From an uncultured Pirellulaceae bacterium (GTDB lineage: Bacteria; Planctomycetota; Planctomycetia; Pirellulales; Pirellulaceae): a stretch of 64,000 bases of DNA. Under the pieces are notes generated by a model. The model saw only the letters and a list, made by a program, of their open reading frames with translations, searched no databases and was not told where the DNA came from. Within the stretch, counting starts at the first letter, position 1. Every line of letters begins with the position of its first letter. A program made the translations under genes and the position numbers. The stretch lies in contig CAZFWV010000002.1 in NCBI GenBank assembly GCA_964522605.1, forward strand, positions 6,519 through 70,518, read 5' to 3'. Positions 1-8,212 of this stretch are shown in pieces.

Positions 1-629
1 CACTCCTTCCGGTAACGCTAATCCCGATCGAATTGACCGAGGCTTCACGCAACTTCATGATGCGGCTGAGTTTCCTCATGGGCGCGACCCATCTGAGTCT
101 CGCAAAACTCTGGCAGGCCGTGCGCTATTATCCCGACTTGCGCTGGCTCAATCGGTTCGGCTGGGCGCTGTTCATTTGGGGGATGTATGGCGTGGTCAAC
201 ATGTTCGTGCTGCAAGGAGCCATGACTTGGCAGACGCCCTGGCCCTATTTGTTGCTTGCCGGTGCCACTCTCGCGATCTTGTTTGCCCAGCCAAGTGCAA
301 ATTATCTGAAAACGCTCGGCATGGGTCTGGCCGATTTTCCGCTGTCCATGCTCTCCGCCTTCTCCGACGTGATCAGTTACGTGCGTCTGATGGCGGTCGG
401 TCTGGCCAGTAGTGTACTTGCAGTCAGCTTCAACGAAATGGCGCTCGACATTGGCATTTGGCCACTGACCATCTTGGTCTTGCTCCTTGGCCATGGGTTG
501 AATATCGGCCTGGCGATGATTGCCATGTTCGCGCACGGAGTTCGCCTGAACATGCTCGAATTCTGCAGCAACCTGGATATGGAGTGGGCTGGATACCCAT
601 ATAAGCCTTTTGCGCACCGCGTCCGATAA
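1..629 (+). CDS. atpI: V-type ATP synthase subunit I (a-subunit family), C-terminal membrane part. The 5' end lies outside the window.
   Basis: The frame is open from nt 3, with no stop before the listed TTG at 33. Motifs SDVISYVRLMAVGLAS (conserved stator Arg helix) and AHGVRLNMLEF match the C-terminal region of V/A-ATPase I/a subunits. The proteolipid gene follows directly. Confidence 0.85.
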   Translation, partial: LLPVTLIPIELTEASRNFMMRLSFLMGATHLSLAKLWQAVRYYPDLRWLNRFGWALFIWGMYGVVNMFVLQGAMTWQTPWPYLLLAGATLAILFAQPSANYLKTLGMGLADFPLSMLSAFSDVISYVRLMAVGLASSVLAVSFNEMALDIGIWPLTILVLLLGHGLNIGLAMIAMFAHGVRLNMLEFCSNLDMEWAGYPYKPFAHRVR

Positions 630-694
630 CTAAAACGCAACCAAGAAAAGACATTTTCCCGTTCAAATCCAATGCGGTCTTAGGAGTCCTACCC

Positions 695-1234
695 ATGACG
701 TATGACGTTGTTGCTGCCCATGTTGTCACGGCACTGCCAGTTCTTCTGGCCGCCACCGATACATTCTGGCGTTTCCTGGGCGAGATGAGCACAGTGATGA
801 GCCTTGGTTTGGCCGGCCTGGGCAGTGCGATTGGAATTGGCATCGCCGGGCAGGCCGCCGCTGGAGCCTGGGCCAAAGAAGCGCGGGCCGGACGCAACCT
901 GAGCTTCGCCTATATCATTCTGGTCGGAATGCCGATTAGCCAAACGCTTTATGCCATGATCGTCATGGTGAACATGCGTGGTGTGTTCGCCAACACCGAG
1001 GTCACAATTGCCGATGCCGGACTGCTGACCGGAATCGGTCTTGCGACCGGCGTGGCCGAAATGCTCTCCGCCTGGATGCAAGCGCTTGTTGGCGCCGCCG
1101 GAATCCGTGCGCTGAGTGAGGGGGAAGGAAAAGGCTTGGCCTTCATCATCATCACGATGGGCATCGTCGAGACGGTTGGAATTTTCGCGATGGTTTTCCT
1201 TCTCGGGATGATTCCCAGTGTGCCGGGGAGTTAA
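695..1234 (+). CDS. atpK: V-type ATP synthase subunit K (rotor proteolipid, duplicated four-helix form)
   Basis: 179 aa with two Gly-rich hairpins (GLAGLGSAIGIGIAGQAAAGA and GIGLATGVAEMLSAWMQALVGAAG) and one carboxylate helix (MGIVETVGIF). It sits directly after subunit I. Confidence 0.9.
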   Translation: MTYDVVAAHVVTALPVLLAATDTFWRFLGEMSTVMSLGLAGLGSAIGIGIAGQAAAGAWAKEARAGRNLSFAYIILVGMPISQTLYAMIVMVNMRGVFANTEVTIADAGLLTGIGLATGVAEMLSAWMQALVGAAGIRALSEGEGKGLAFIIITMGIVETVGIFAMVFLLGMIPSVPGS

Positions 1235-1336
1235 GCCCTGGAGAGCCGGGTGCATGTCAGGGGCATGTCAGGGATTGTCATTCGAGGGGCGCAGCCAGCA
1301 TGCCTTTGACACGGAGGAGCGAAGGAGCCGGCGAGT

Positions 1337-1474
1337 GACGAACAAGGAGTTCCGATTGTTGAGGGTAGCGACCAAGCCCGGGGCCGACCCGCCGAGATTC
1401 CCCGTTCCTCGCCGTTCTCCAATCGTCCATCTGAAATCTGTCTTTCCCTCGACAATCAGAGCTCCTTGTTCGTC
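1337..1474. repeat. 27-bp imperfect inverted repeat (arms 1337-1363 and 1448-1474, 24/27 complementary) around an 84-bp spacer, about 100 bp downstream of the K-subunit stop
   Basis: gacgaacaaggagttccgattgttgag pairs with the reverse complement of ctcgacaatcagagctccttgttcgtc, read directly from the sequence. Confidence 0.6.
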
Positions 1475-1664
1475 AATCTCCGGCTCCCTCCCCCCAGGTC
1501 GTTCTCCCAGGAACTTCGCCCAATCCCCCAGATTCGCCGGTTGACATTTCTGCGCCCCATGAGCTCGATGCAACCCTTGACACGCACCCTGGACAGCCTC
1601 TCGCGTGAATGCCGGTTCCTGGGAAACGGCAAAGACGACGATCCATCATCCCCATAGCCCCCCG

Positions 1665-2582
1665 CCCTCCGCGGCCAGGTCTGTGTCTTTCGGACCTTTT
1701 CTGGGGCCTATGGAAAGCAACTGTGTGCGCACGGAATCCCCGAAATTGCGTGCCCGACCAGGGAGTCAGGGATAGAATACAGAAGGGTTGAGTAAACTGC
1801 AGTCCTGGGATACTTCGAAACGTCTAGCATAGCGAGATCCCGTCATGACTCGAATCTCATTTTCCGACATGACCGCCTCGCGAACCGCAGAACGACGCAT
1901 GCGGGAATGGGCGTTGGACCTGGAAGTCCAGCAGCGCAAGGACCAGCAACCGTCGACGGACGAGCTGAAGCAGCGGATTCATCCATGCATCACCATTTCT
2001 CGCGAGACGGGTGCTGGCGGTGGAACCGTCGCGCGCCTGTTGGGAGAACGACTGAAGCTGGATGTCCTGCATCGCGAGATCCTGGACGACATGGCTCAGC
2101 GTTTCAATCTGCCTCGCGCGATGCTGGAGCATGTCGATGAAACCACTTCGAATTGGCTCTTGGAACTGTTCGGGAAATGGATCGACCGACGCGTGGTAAC
2201 GCAATCGGAGTACATCGTGCATCTCGGGCGGCTGTTGCTGATGGCGGCCCAGCATGCCAGTACGGTGGTTGTGGGTCGAGGCGCGCAGTTTCTGTTGCCC
2301 AGCGACAAGTGTCTGAAGGTCTACCTGGTTGCTCCGATGGATTTGCGTGTGGAAACAATTTGCCGAATTCGCGGAGTTTCCACTTCGGATGCCAAGCAAC
2401 ACATTCGTGAAACGGATCAGGGACGACAGGATTTCATCAGTAGGTATTTCAATCGAAAGATCGGTGATCCGCACCTGTATGATCTGGTGATCAACCGAGC
2501 AAACCTGGACACGAATGCCGTGGCGGACATAATCTCGGATCTTTGGTTCAAGCATTTCGCGCAACCTTGCGACCGCTGAACG
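1665..2582 (+). repeat. Direct repeat, copy 1 (about 0.9 kb; partner at 4860-5785, offset 3203 bp)
   Basis: Nt 1828-2528 appear identical to 5031-5731. All sense and antisense ORF translations in the track are identical, and the ends were compared by eye. The 5' flank 1665-1827 is only about 80% similar with indels, and the last 51 bp of the CDS carry 4 mismatches. Confidence 0.85.
1845..2579 (+). CDS. Cytidylate-kinase-like family protein (P-loop NTPase), copy 1
   Basis: 244 aa. The P-loop-like segment ITISRETGAGGGTVARLLGERL after an ~50-aa N-terminal extension, and the overall layout, are typical of the cytidylate-kinase-like (Cytidylate_kin2-type) family. Confidence 0.8.
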   Translation: MTRISFSDMTASRTAERRMREWALDLEVQQRKDQQPSTDELKQRIHPCITISRETGAGGGTVARLLGERLKLDVLHREILDDMAQRFNLPRAMLEHVDETTSNWLLELFGKWIDRRVVTQSEYIVHLGRLLLMAAQHASTVVVGRGAQFLLPSDKCLKVYLVAPMDLRVETICRIRGVSTSDAKQHIRETDQGRQDFISRYFNRKIGDPHLYDLVINRANLDTNAVADIISDLWFKHFAQPCDR

Positions 2583-2857
2583 CACAACTGACCTGATCAA
2601 GAAGCGCTGACGAGCAAGGTCGGGAATCTGAAAACGACGCTCTTCGTTGTGGCTCCGTGACGCGGGGTGCGAAAGGGCCACAATTCTTCACTGCGAGGGC
2701 GCGCGAGAGGCATCTTATGGCATCGTGAGTCGATCTACCGACATTTACAGCCCTCACGGAAAGCATGAAGTCCCGAAAGTCCGTAGCCTGATTGGAGGCG
2801 AGTTAAGATGACGCATGTCTCCATGTGCCAGCCGGCACGGCCACTTGGGTCGGCTAC

Positions 2858-3739
2858 CTACGCTATCTTGCTGACCGCCACGACTGCAGGGTGCCTCAGT
2901 TTACGCTCCACGGAAATCGCGAAGTAGCGTGCCCGCACGTCGTCAATGCGTCCGACGATGCACACGTCGTACTGGCGAGAGACCTCGGCTTCGATCATGG
3001 TTGGCGCCGGAAAGATCCCCATCCCGTCTTGCCCGAAGACCTTCATGAGGCCCGAGTCCTGGAATTCGGCGACGATCTGCGGGCAGAGGCCTTCCGTGTA
3101 AAACCACTGCTCGAGGTCACGTCGAAGGGACGTCCTGCTGGTCGGTAGAAGCATCGGGGCGTTGTCCAACGATCGCGGAAACCCATTGACGTATTTTTCC
3201 GCCAAGTCGCAATGCGCGAAGAACGTCAGACCGCACTCGGTCAGCGTATGGTTGAATGTCCGAAAACTAAGCGTGGGACTCGATGGTGAATCGGATAGCA
3301 CGAGGTCCAGGCGGTGCGCCGCGAGGTCGGTGAGTAGTTCGTCGTGCCTTCCTTCGTGGCAGATCAGATGCAGCGGTACGCCGATTTCAAACGCCGGCCT
3401 CAATAGTCGATGACAGATCAGCTTCGGCAGCACATCGGGCATCCCCACGATAAAAGGCAGCGGTCGGTTCTCGACTCGTCCCCGTATTGCTTCCTCCAGA
3501 TCGCGTCCTGCGGAGAAGATTTCTTCTGCGTGACGAAGGACCATTTGACCGAAATCGGTCAGCAACAACCCACGTCCCGCCCGCGTAAACAGCTTGCCGC
3601 CCAGCGACTGCTCCAACTGGTGAAGCTGTTTGCTAATCGTCGGCGGGCTCAACTTCAAGAATTCGGCCGCCTGGGCGATGCTGCCCTCGTTCGCCGCCAA
3701 CCAGAAATAATACAGGTGATGGTAATTGAGCCAGTCCAT
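2858..3739 (-). CDS. nhaR: LysR-family transcriptional regulator, NhaR-like
   Basis: 293 aa. The N-terminus MDWLNYHHLYYFWLAANEGSIAQAAEFLKLSPPTISKQLHQLEQSLGGKLFTRAGRG is collinear with my recollection of E. coli NhaR ([41 protein letters not shown]...). The C-terminal YFAISVERKLRHPAV resembles NhaR YHAIFAERMIQHPAV. Confidence 0.85.
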   Translation of the reverse strand: MDWLNYHHLYYFWLAANEGSIAQAAEFLKLSPPTISKQLHQLEQSLGGKLFTRAGRGLLLTDFGQMVLRHAEEIFSAGRDLEEAIRGRVENRPLPFIVGMPDVLPKLICHRLLRPAFEIGVPLHLICHEGRHDELLTDLAAHRLDLVLSDSPSSPTLSFRTFNHTLTECGLTFFAHCDLAEKYVNGFPRSLDNAPMLLPTSRTSLRRDLEQWFYTEGLCPQIVAEFQDSGLMKVFGQDGMGIFPAPTMIEAEVSRQYDVCIVGRIDDVRARYFAISVERKLRHPAVVAVSKIA

Positions 3740-3754
3740 GGACTTGAAGATAGG

Positions 3755-3767
3755 TAGATATTATCTA
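3755..3767. promoter_or_regulatory. Candidate LysR-type T-N11-A operator (perfect palindrome TAGATAtTATCTA) 16 bp upstream of the LysR start
   Basis: tagatattatcta was read in an AT-rich patch of the 478-bp divergent intergenic region. It fits the T-N11-A dyad rule for LysR boxes. Confidence 0.4.
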
Positions 3768-4217
3768 ACAGTCAATCGAACATTATCTCTTTGTCCGATT
3801 TGATGCTCGGCTTGTAAGATACCTTAGGAGTCGACGTCTTCTGCACGTTCAGCATCGCGCACGAGCTGATGTACTCCAACAACGAAGGAGTCTCAGCGAG
3901 GGTCTGCTCAAGAGAATACTCGTTGCCGTCGACTTGCGTCCGATGTCCGAGGCGGCTGTAAAGTCCGCCACTAACCCGTTCCGTGTTCGTGCCTGGGACC
4001 GTCGGGGCAAGTTGGCGAGAAGGAGGCGTGTAGGGAAGGCGCGGAGCATATACGTCAGCTGAGCGGTGATCTGGAGATCCAAGGGGAAGCCGCGCTTAAC
4101 ACCCCCTCTACCGTCCGATATTCGGAATCGAAATGCGTCATCCAATGAACCGAATGATTCGATAGCTGGAACACCGCGTACCAACTGTCGAGCCGGCAGC
4201 GACAGGACCTTTTTCCC

Positions 4218-4709
4218 ATGTCCAGCACACCCCCAAAAACTTTGCACGAAGATGCCCGATACGAACCCGATCTAACGCGGGAGCTGATCGCCTACTTCCA
4301 GTTGGCGGCTTCCAGCATCGCGGATCCTGATCGTCTAGAGGCGGTGCTGGACGACCTGTGCACCGCCTCGGACGGCACCATCACCAAGGCGCAGGCGGAT
4401 GCGCGAGCCTGCCAGATTCAGTTCGTTCGGAACTTGCTTCGAGACCGCGCGCGTGTGGAAGTGCTAGAGGAGGTCCGTCAATCGGCGATGGACGCAGCCT
4501 ACCGTGTGGGCGGGCAACGATACGTCGACGCCGCCACGCGGCTGACCGAACTGCAGGCGGAGGCACACGCGGCGCTGGAACAGGCAGACCGCCGGGAGTT
4601 TGAAACTGTCTTGGCCCAGATGAAAGATCTCGAGGACCAGGCCAATTATTATCTGAACGAATCGGACACACGACGACGGAGTCCTGGACGGATGGTGAGC
4701 GTTGGGTGA
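4218..4709 (+). CDS. Hypothetical protein (helical, acidic), divergent from the LysR gene
   Basis: 163-aa ORF with coding-like composition and no recognisable motif. It is the only plausible ORF between the LysR gene and repeat copy 2. Confidence 0.45.
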   Translation: MSSTPPKTLHEDARYEPDLTRELIAYFQLAASSIADPDRLEAVLDDLCTASDGTITKAQADARACQIQFVRNLLRDRARVEVLEEVRQSAMDAAYRVGGQRYVDAATRLTELQAEAHAALEQADRREFETVLAQMKDLEDQANYYLNESDTRRRSPGRMVSVG

Positions 4710-4859
4710 CGCCGCTGCACGCGGCCCCATCGAGAAAGACGGAGCCGGGACACAGACTACATTGAGGAGACCTTGTCAGACGAGGCAGATCGGGTCCGCT
4801 ACAGACGAGCCTGTCAGATTTTCAACAGTCCAGTCCAGCCCCCCAGTAGCTTCCGCCTA

Positions 4860-5785
4860 CTGCGGCCAGGTCGGTGTCTGTTGGACATTTTCCGGGACGT
4901 TTAAGCCGCAAGAGTTGGCTCACCGAGCCTCCGAAATTGTGTGCCGCGACAAGGGGCCAGGGACGGAATACAGAAATGAATATAGAAGGGTCGAGTGAAC
5001 TGCAGCTCTGGGATAGTTCGAAACGTCTAACATAGCGAGATCCCGTCATGACTCGAATCTCATTTTCCGACATGACCGCCTCGCGAACCGCAGAACGACG
5101 CATGCGGGAATGGGCGTTGGACCTGGAAGTCCAGCAGCGCAAGGACCAGCAACCGTCGACGGACGAGCTGAAGCAGCGGATTCATCCATGCATCACCATT
5201 TCTCGCGAGACGGGTGCTGGCGGTGGAACCGTCGCGCGCCTGTTGGGAGAACGACTGAAGCTGGATGTCCTGCATCGCGAGATCCTGGACGACATGGCTC
5301 AGCGTTTCAATCTGCCTCGCGCGATGCTGGAGCATGTCGATGAAACCACTTCGAATTGGCTCTTGGAACTGTTCGGGAAATGGATCGACCGACGCGTGGT
5401 AACGCAATCGGAGTACATCGTGCATCTCGGGCGGCTGTTGCTGATGGCGGCCCAGCATGCCAGTACGGTGGTTGTGGGTCGAGGCGCGCAGTTTCTGTTG
5501 CCCAGCGACAAGTGTCTGAAGGTCTACCTGGTTGCTCCGATGGATTTGCGTGTGGAAACAATTTGCCGAATTCGCGGAGTTTCCACTTCGGATGCCAAGC
5601 AACACATTCGTGAAACGGATCAGGGACGACAGGATTTCATCAGTAGGTATTTCAATCGAAAGATCGGTGATCCGCACCTGTATGATCTGGTGATCAACCG
5701 AGCAAACCTGGACACGAATGCCGTGGCGGACGTAATCTCAGATCTTTGGTTCCAGCATTTCGCACAACCTTGCGACCGCTGAGCG
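4860..5785 (+). repeat. Direct repeat, copy 2 (partner of 1665-2582)
   Basis: See copy 1. Similarity stops within a few nt after the stop codon (5783), where the truncated RND pump remnant begins. Confidence 0.85.
5048..5782 (+). CDS. Cytidylate-kinase-like family protein, copy 2
   Basis: 244 aa. It differs from copy 1 at two residues near the C-terminus (ADVISDLWFQHF versus ADIISDLWFKHF). Confidence 0.8.
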   Translation: MTRISFSDMTASRTAERRMREWALDLEVQQRKDQQPSTDELKQRIHPCITISRETGAGGGTVARLLGERLKLDVLHREILDDMAQRFNLPRAMLEHVDETTSNWLLELFGKWIDRRVVTQSEYIVHLGRLLLMAAQHASTVVVGRGAQFLLPSDKCLKVYLVAPMDLRVETICRIRGVSTSDAKQHIRETDQGRQDFISRYFNRKIGDPHLYDLVINRANLDTNAVADVISDLWFQHFAQPCDR

Positions 5786-5939
5786 CGCAGCCTTTATGCG
5801 CGCTGCGACCGTTGGCTGCTCTGATCGCCAGCCTCATCCACTCGTGCGACATGAAGTCCGCAGTCTTGATGCCGAGAGGGGAACGCTTCCGTTTTTCCCT
5901 TGCGAAAATCGCAGCTTGAGCCCACAAGATCTCTTTCCG

Positions 5940-7812
5940 ATCGGCGAGCAGGCATCGCTTTTGCATGAAGAGGTGGAACGGCAGATTACGTTTCCGATCG
6001 AGCAATCGATTAGCGGTTTGCCGGGCCTGGAGAAACTCCGTTCGATCTCCAAGTTTGGACTGTCACAAGTAGTGGTCGTTTTTGAGGACGGGACCGACAT
6101 CTATTTCGCCCGGCAGTTGATCAATGAGTTGCTCACAACCGTCCGGCTTCCAGCCGGCATTGACCGTCCCAAAATGGGACCGGTGTCAACAGGACTCGGC
6201 GAAGTCTTTCATTACATCGTGCGATTGGATGCAGTCGATCTCTCCGCCTTACCCAGAGATCAACAAGTCCACCACTTGACAGAATTACGCACCATCCAGG
6301 ACTGGGTGATCAAGCCCCAGCTGCGAACGGTCAGCGGCACGGCGGAAGTGAACAGTTGGGGAGGCTATGAAAAGCAGTTCCAGGTAAGGATCGATCCCAA
6401 CCGACTCATCAAGTACGGGTTGACGTTTGATGAAGTGATCCGGGCGATCCAGAACAATAACCGCAACGTGGGCGGTGGCAATATTACACGGAACAGCCAG
6501 ATGCTCCTGGTTCAAGGTGTCGGTCGGACGACGAGTATTGGCGAAATTGAAAATATTGTTGTTCGCGCGAAGGACGGTGTTCCAATCCATCTCCATGACG
6601 TGGCCGATGTCGAAATCGGCCACGAAATCCGCCGCGGGGCGGTTACCGCCGACGGTCAAGGGGAATTCGTGCTTGGATTGGGCTTTATGCTCATGAACGA
6701 GAATAGTCACGACGTAACGCACAAACTCAAGCAGAAAATGGAGGAGATCAAGGCGTCACTGCCACCGGGTGTCGATGTGGAAACGGTATATGATCGAACC
6801 GAACGAATTGGTGGATCACGTAATTGAAACTGTTCGAGGGAATCTGTTTGAGGGCGGGCTGCTCGTTATTGCGGTTCTGTTCATGTTTCTGGGTAACCTT
6901 CGAGCTGGCCTGATTGTCGCTCTGGCAATTCCGCTATCGATGCTCTTTGCATTCTCCGGCATGTTGCGGTTCGGAATTGCTGCCAGCCTGCTCAGCCTGG
7001 GAGCCATTGATTTCGGTTTGGTCGTGGATAGCTCGATCGTGATGGTCGAGAACTGCGTGCGAAAACTGTCCAGTGGGGTCCCACGCGGGCAGACCAAGCT
7101 GACGGTCATTCGCGATGCGGCTGTTGAGGTCCGTAAGCCGACCATGTTCGGCGAACTGATCATCATGATCGTCTAACTGCCCATTCTGACATTGCAGGGA
7201 GTGGAAGGTAAGTTGTTTCGTCCGATGGCATGGACGGTCATTTTCGCCCTCGCCGGTTCGCTGATTCTGTCACTGACCTTGATGCCGGTCCTGGCGAGTT
7301 ACATCCTGCCTACGCGCATGGAGGAGCGCGAGCCAATGCTCATCCGCTGGATCAAGCCGTTCTATCAGCCGGTCTTGCATTTCACCATGCACCACAATTT
7401 CGCTGTGATTGGCCTTGCGCTCGGTCTGCTCGTGATCGCTTTTGGCCTGATCGCGCCAAACTTGGGCAGCGAGTTTGTTCCGAAGCTCTCGGAAGGTGCC
7501 ATTGTGATGAACGTCGTCCGGCTGGCGGGTACGGATTTGGAGGAATCGATCCGCTACAACACGCAGATGGAACGCGCCCTCCTGCGAGAGTTTCCCAACG
7601 AAGTACAACACGTGTGGACGCGGATTGGGAGCGCGGAGGTTGCCACGGATCCAATGGGCGTCGAGCTGTGCGATGTGTTTATCACCCTGACTTCTCGCCG
7701 TCAATGGACACGGGCAGAAACACAGGAAGAACTGACTGCGCTGATCCAACAGAGTATGCGGGAGTTGCCTGGACAGCGGATCGCCATGACCCAGCCGATT
7801 GAAATGCGAGTA
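5940..7812 (+). pseudogene. CzcA/CusA-family heavy-metal RND efflux pump, decayed: 5' truncation, frameshift, in-frame stop and 3' truncation
   Basis: Three ORF pieces (5796-6827, 6769-7176, 7192-7923) together read as a CzcA-like sequence (EVERQITFPIEQSISGLPGLEKLRSISKFGLSQVVVVFEDGTDIYFARQL ... IIMIV*LPILTLQGVEGKLFRPMAW ... MTQPIEMRV). TM1 and about 45 N-terminal residues are absent. A +1 shift occurs at a CGAACGAA tandem (6800-6807). TAA at 7174-7176 sits where Tyr is expected. Homology ends near 7812, roughly 60% of a full-length pump. Confidence 0.85.
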
Positions 7813-8212
7813 ACCAACCATGGCCGTAGGCCTTGGCTTTGGCTTGCCCCGCAAAGCGGGGCGTTAACGAAGACAAAGTTGTTGCGAGGGAGCAAATCTC
7901 GCCGGATCGGCAGAGCCTATTAGGGTCGCATGGTCGTAGGCCGTGGGTTTAGCACGCACTAACCGGTCCACCGTCACACTCGTTGGTCATTTCGGGGGAT
8001 CGCTGACCACGCCTCTCACCAAAAAGAGAAAACGCGCTATTTCACTACGGTGGTGGCGAAAATGTCGGGTCACCAACGATCGACCTCAATCAGGCCGCTT
8101 TGTGGACCAGGAATCTGGTGTAAAATTCCGGGAACGGTCGGGTAATGTCCCTGCATTGCCCATGACGTTGAACCGAGTCCCCGTTGAACCTAGACCCCAA
8201 GGAATTGAGTCC

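Noticed and set aside
1218-1657. Several 60-108-aa ORFs on both strands downstream of atpK
   Set aside because: They overlap one another, have low-complexity Pro/Arg/Ser-rich translations, and span the 27-bp inverted repeat. None resembles further V-ATPase subunits (E, C, F, A, B, D).
1665-5785. Composite transposon interpretation of the two kinase-like repeats flanking the LysR segment
   Set aside because: The repeats are ordinary protein-coding genes in direct orientation. There is no transposase, no terminal inverted repeats and no visible target-site duplication. Paralogs with gene conversion explain the pattern better.
5796-5939. ORF-track start (MRAATVGCSDRQ...) of the first RND pump fragment as a genuine N-terminus
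   Set aside because: These ~48 residues do not resemble the conserved N-terminal TM1 region of CzcA/CusA pumps. They lie in sequence immediately after the end of repeat copy 2. They were treated as out-of-context read-through into a truncated pseudogene.
7943-8212. N-terminal 90 codons of the 345-aa ORF-track version of the SDR gene
   Set aside because: The translation (MGLARTNRSTVTLVGHFGG...) has no SDR similarity and precedes the Rossmann motif by far more than usual. GTG 8213 gives a 255-aa protein collinear with HdhA-type SDRs. ATG 8162 remains a possible alternative.
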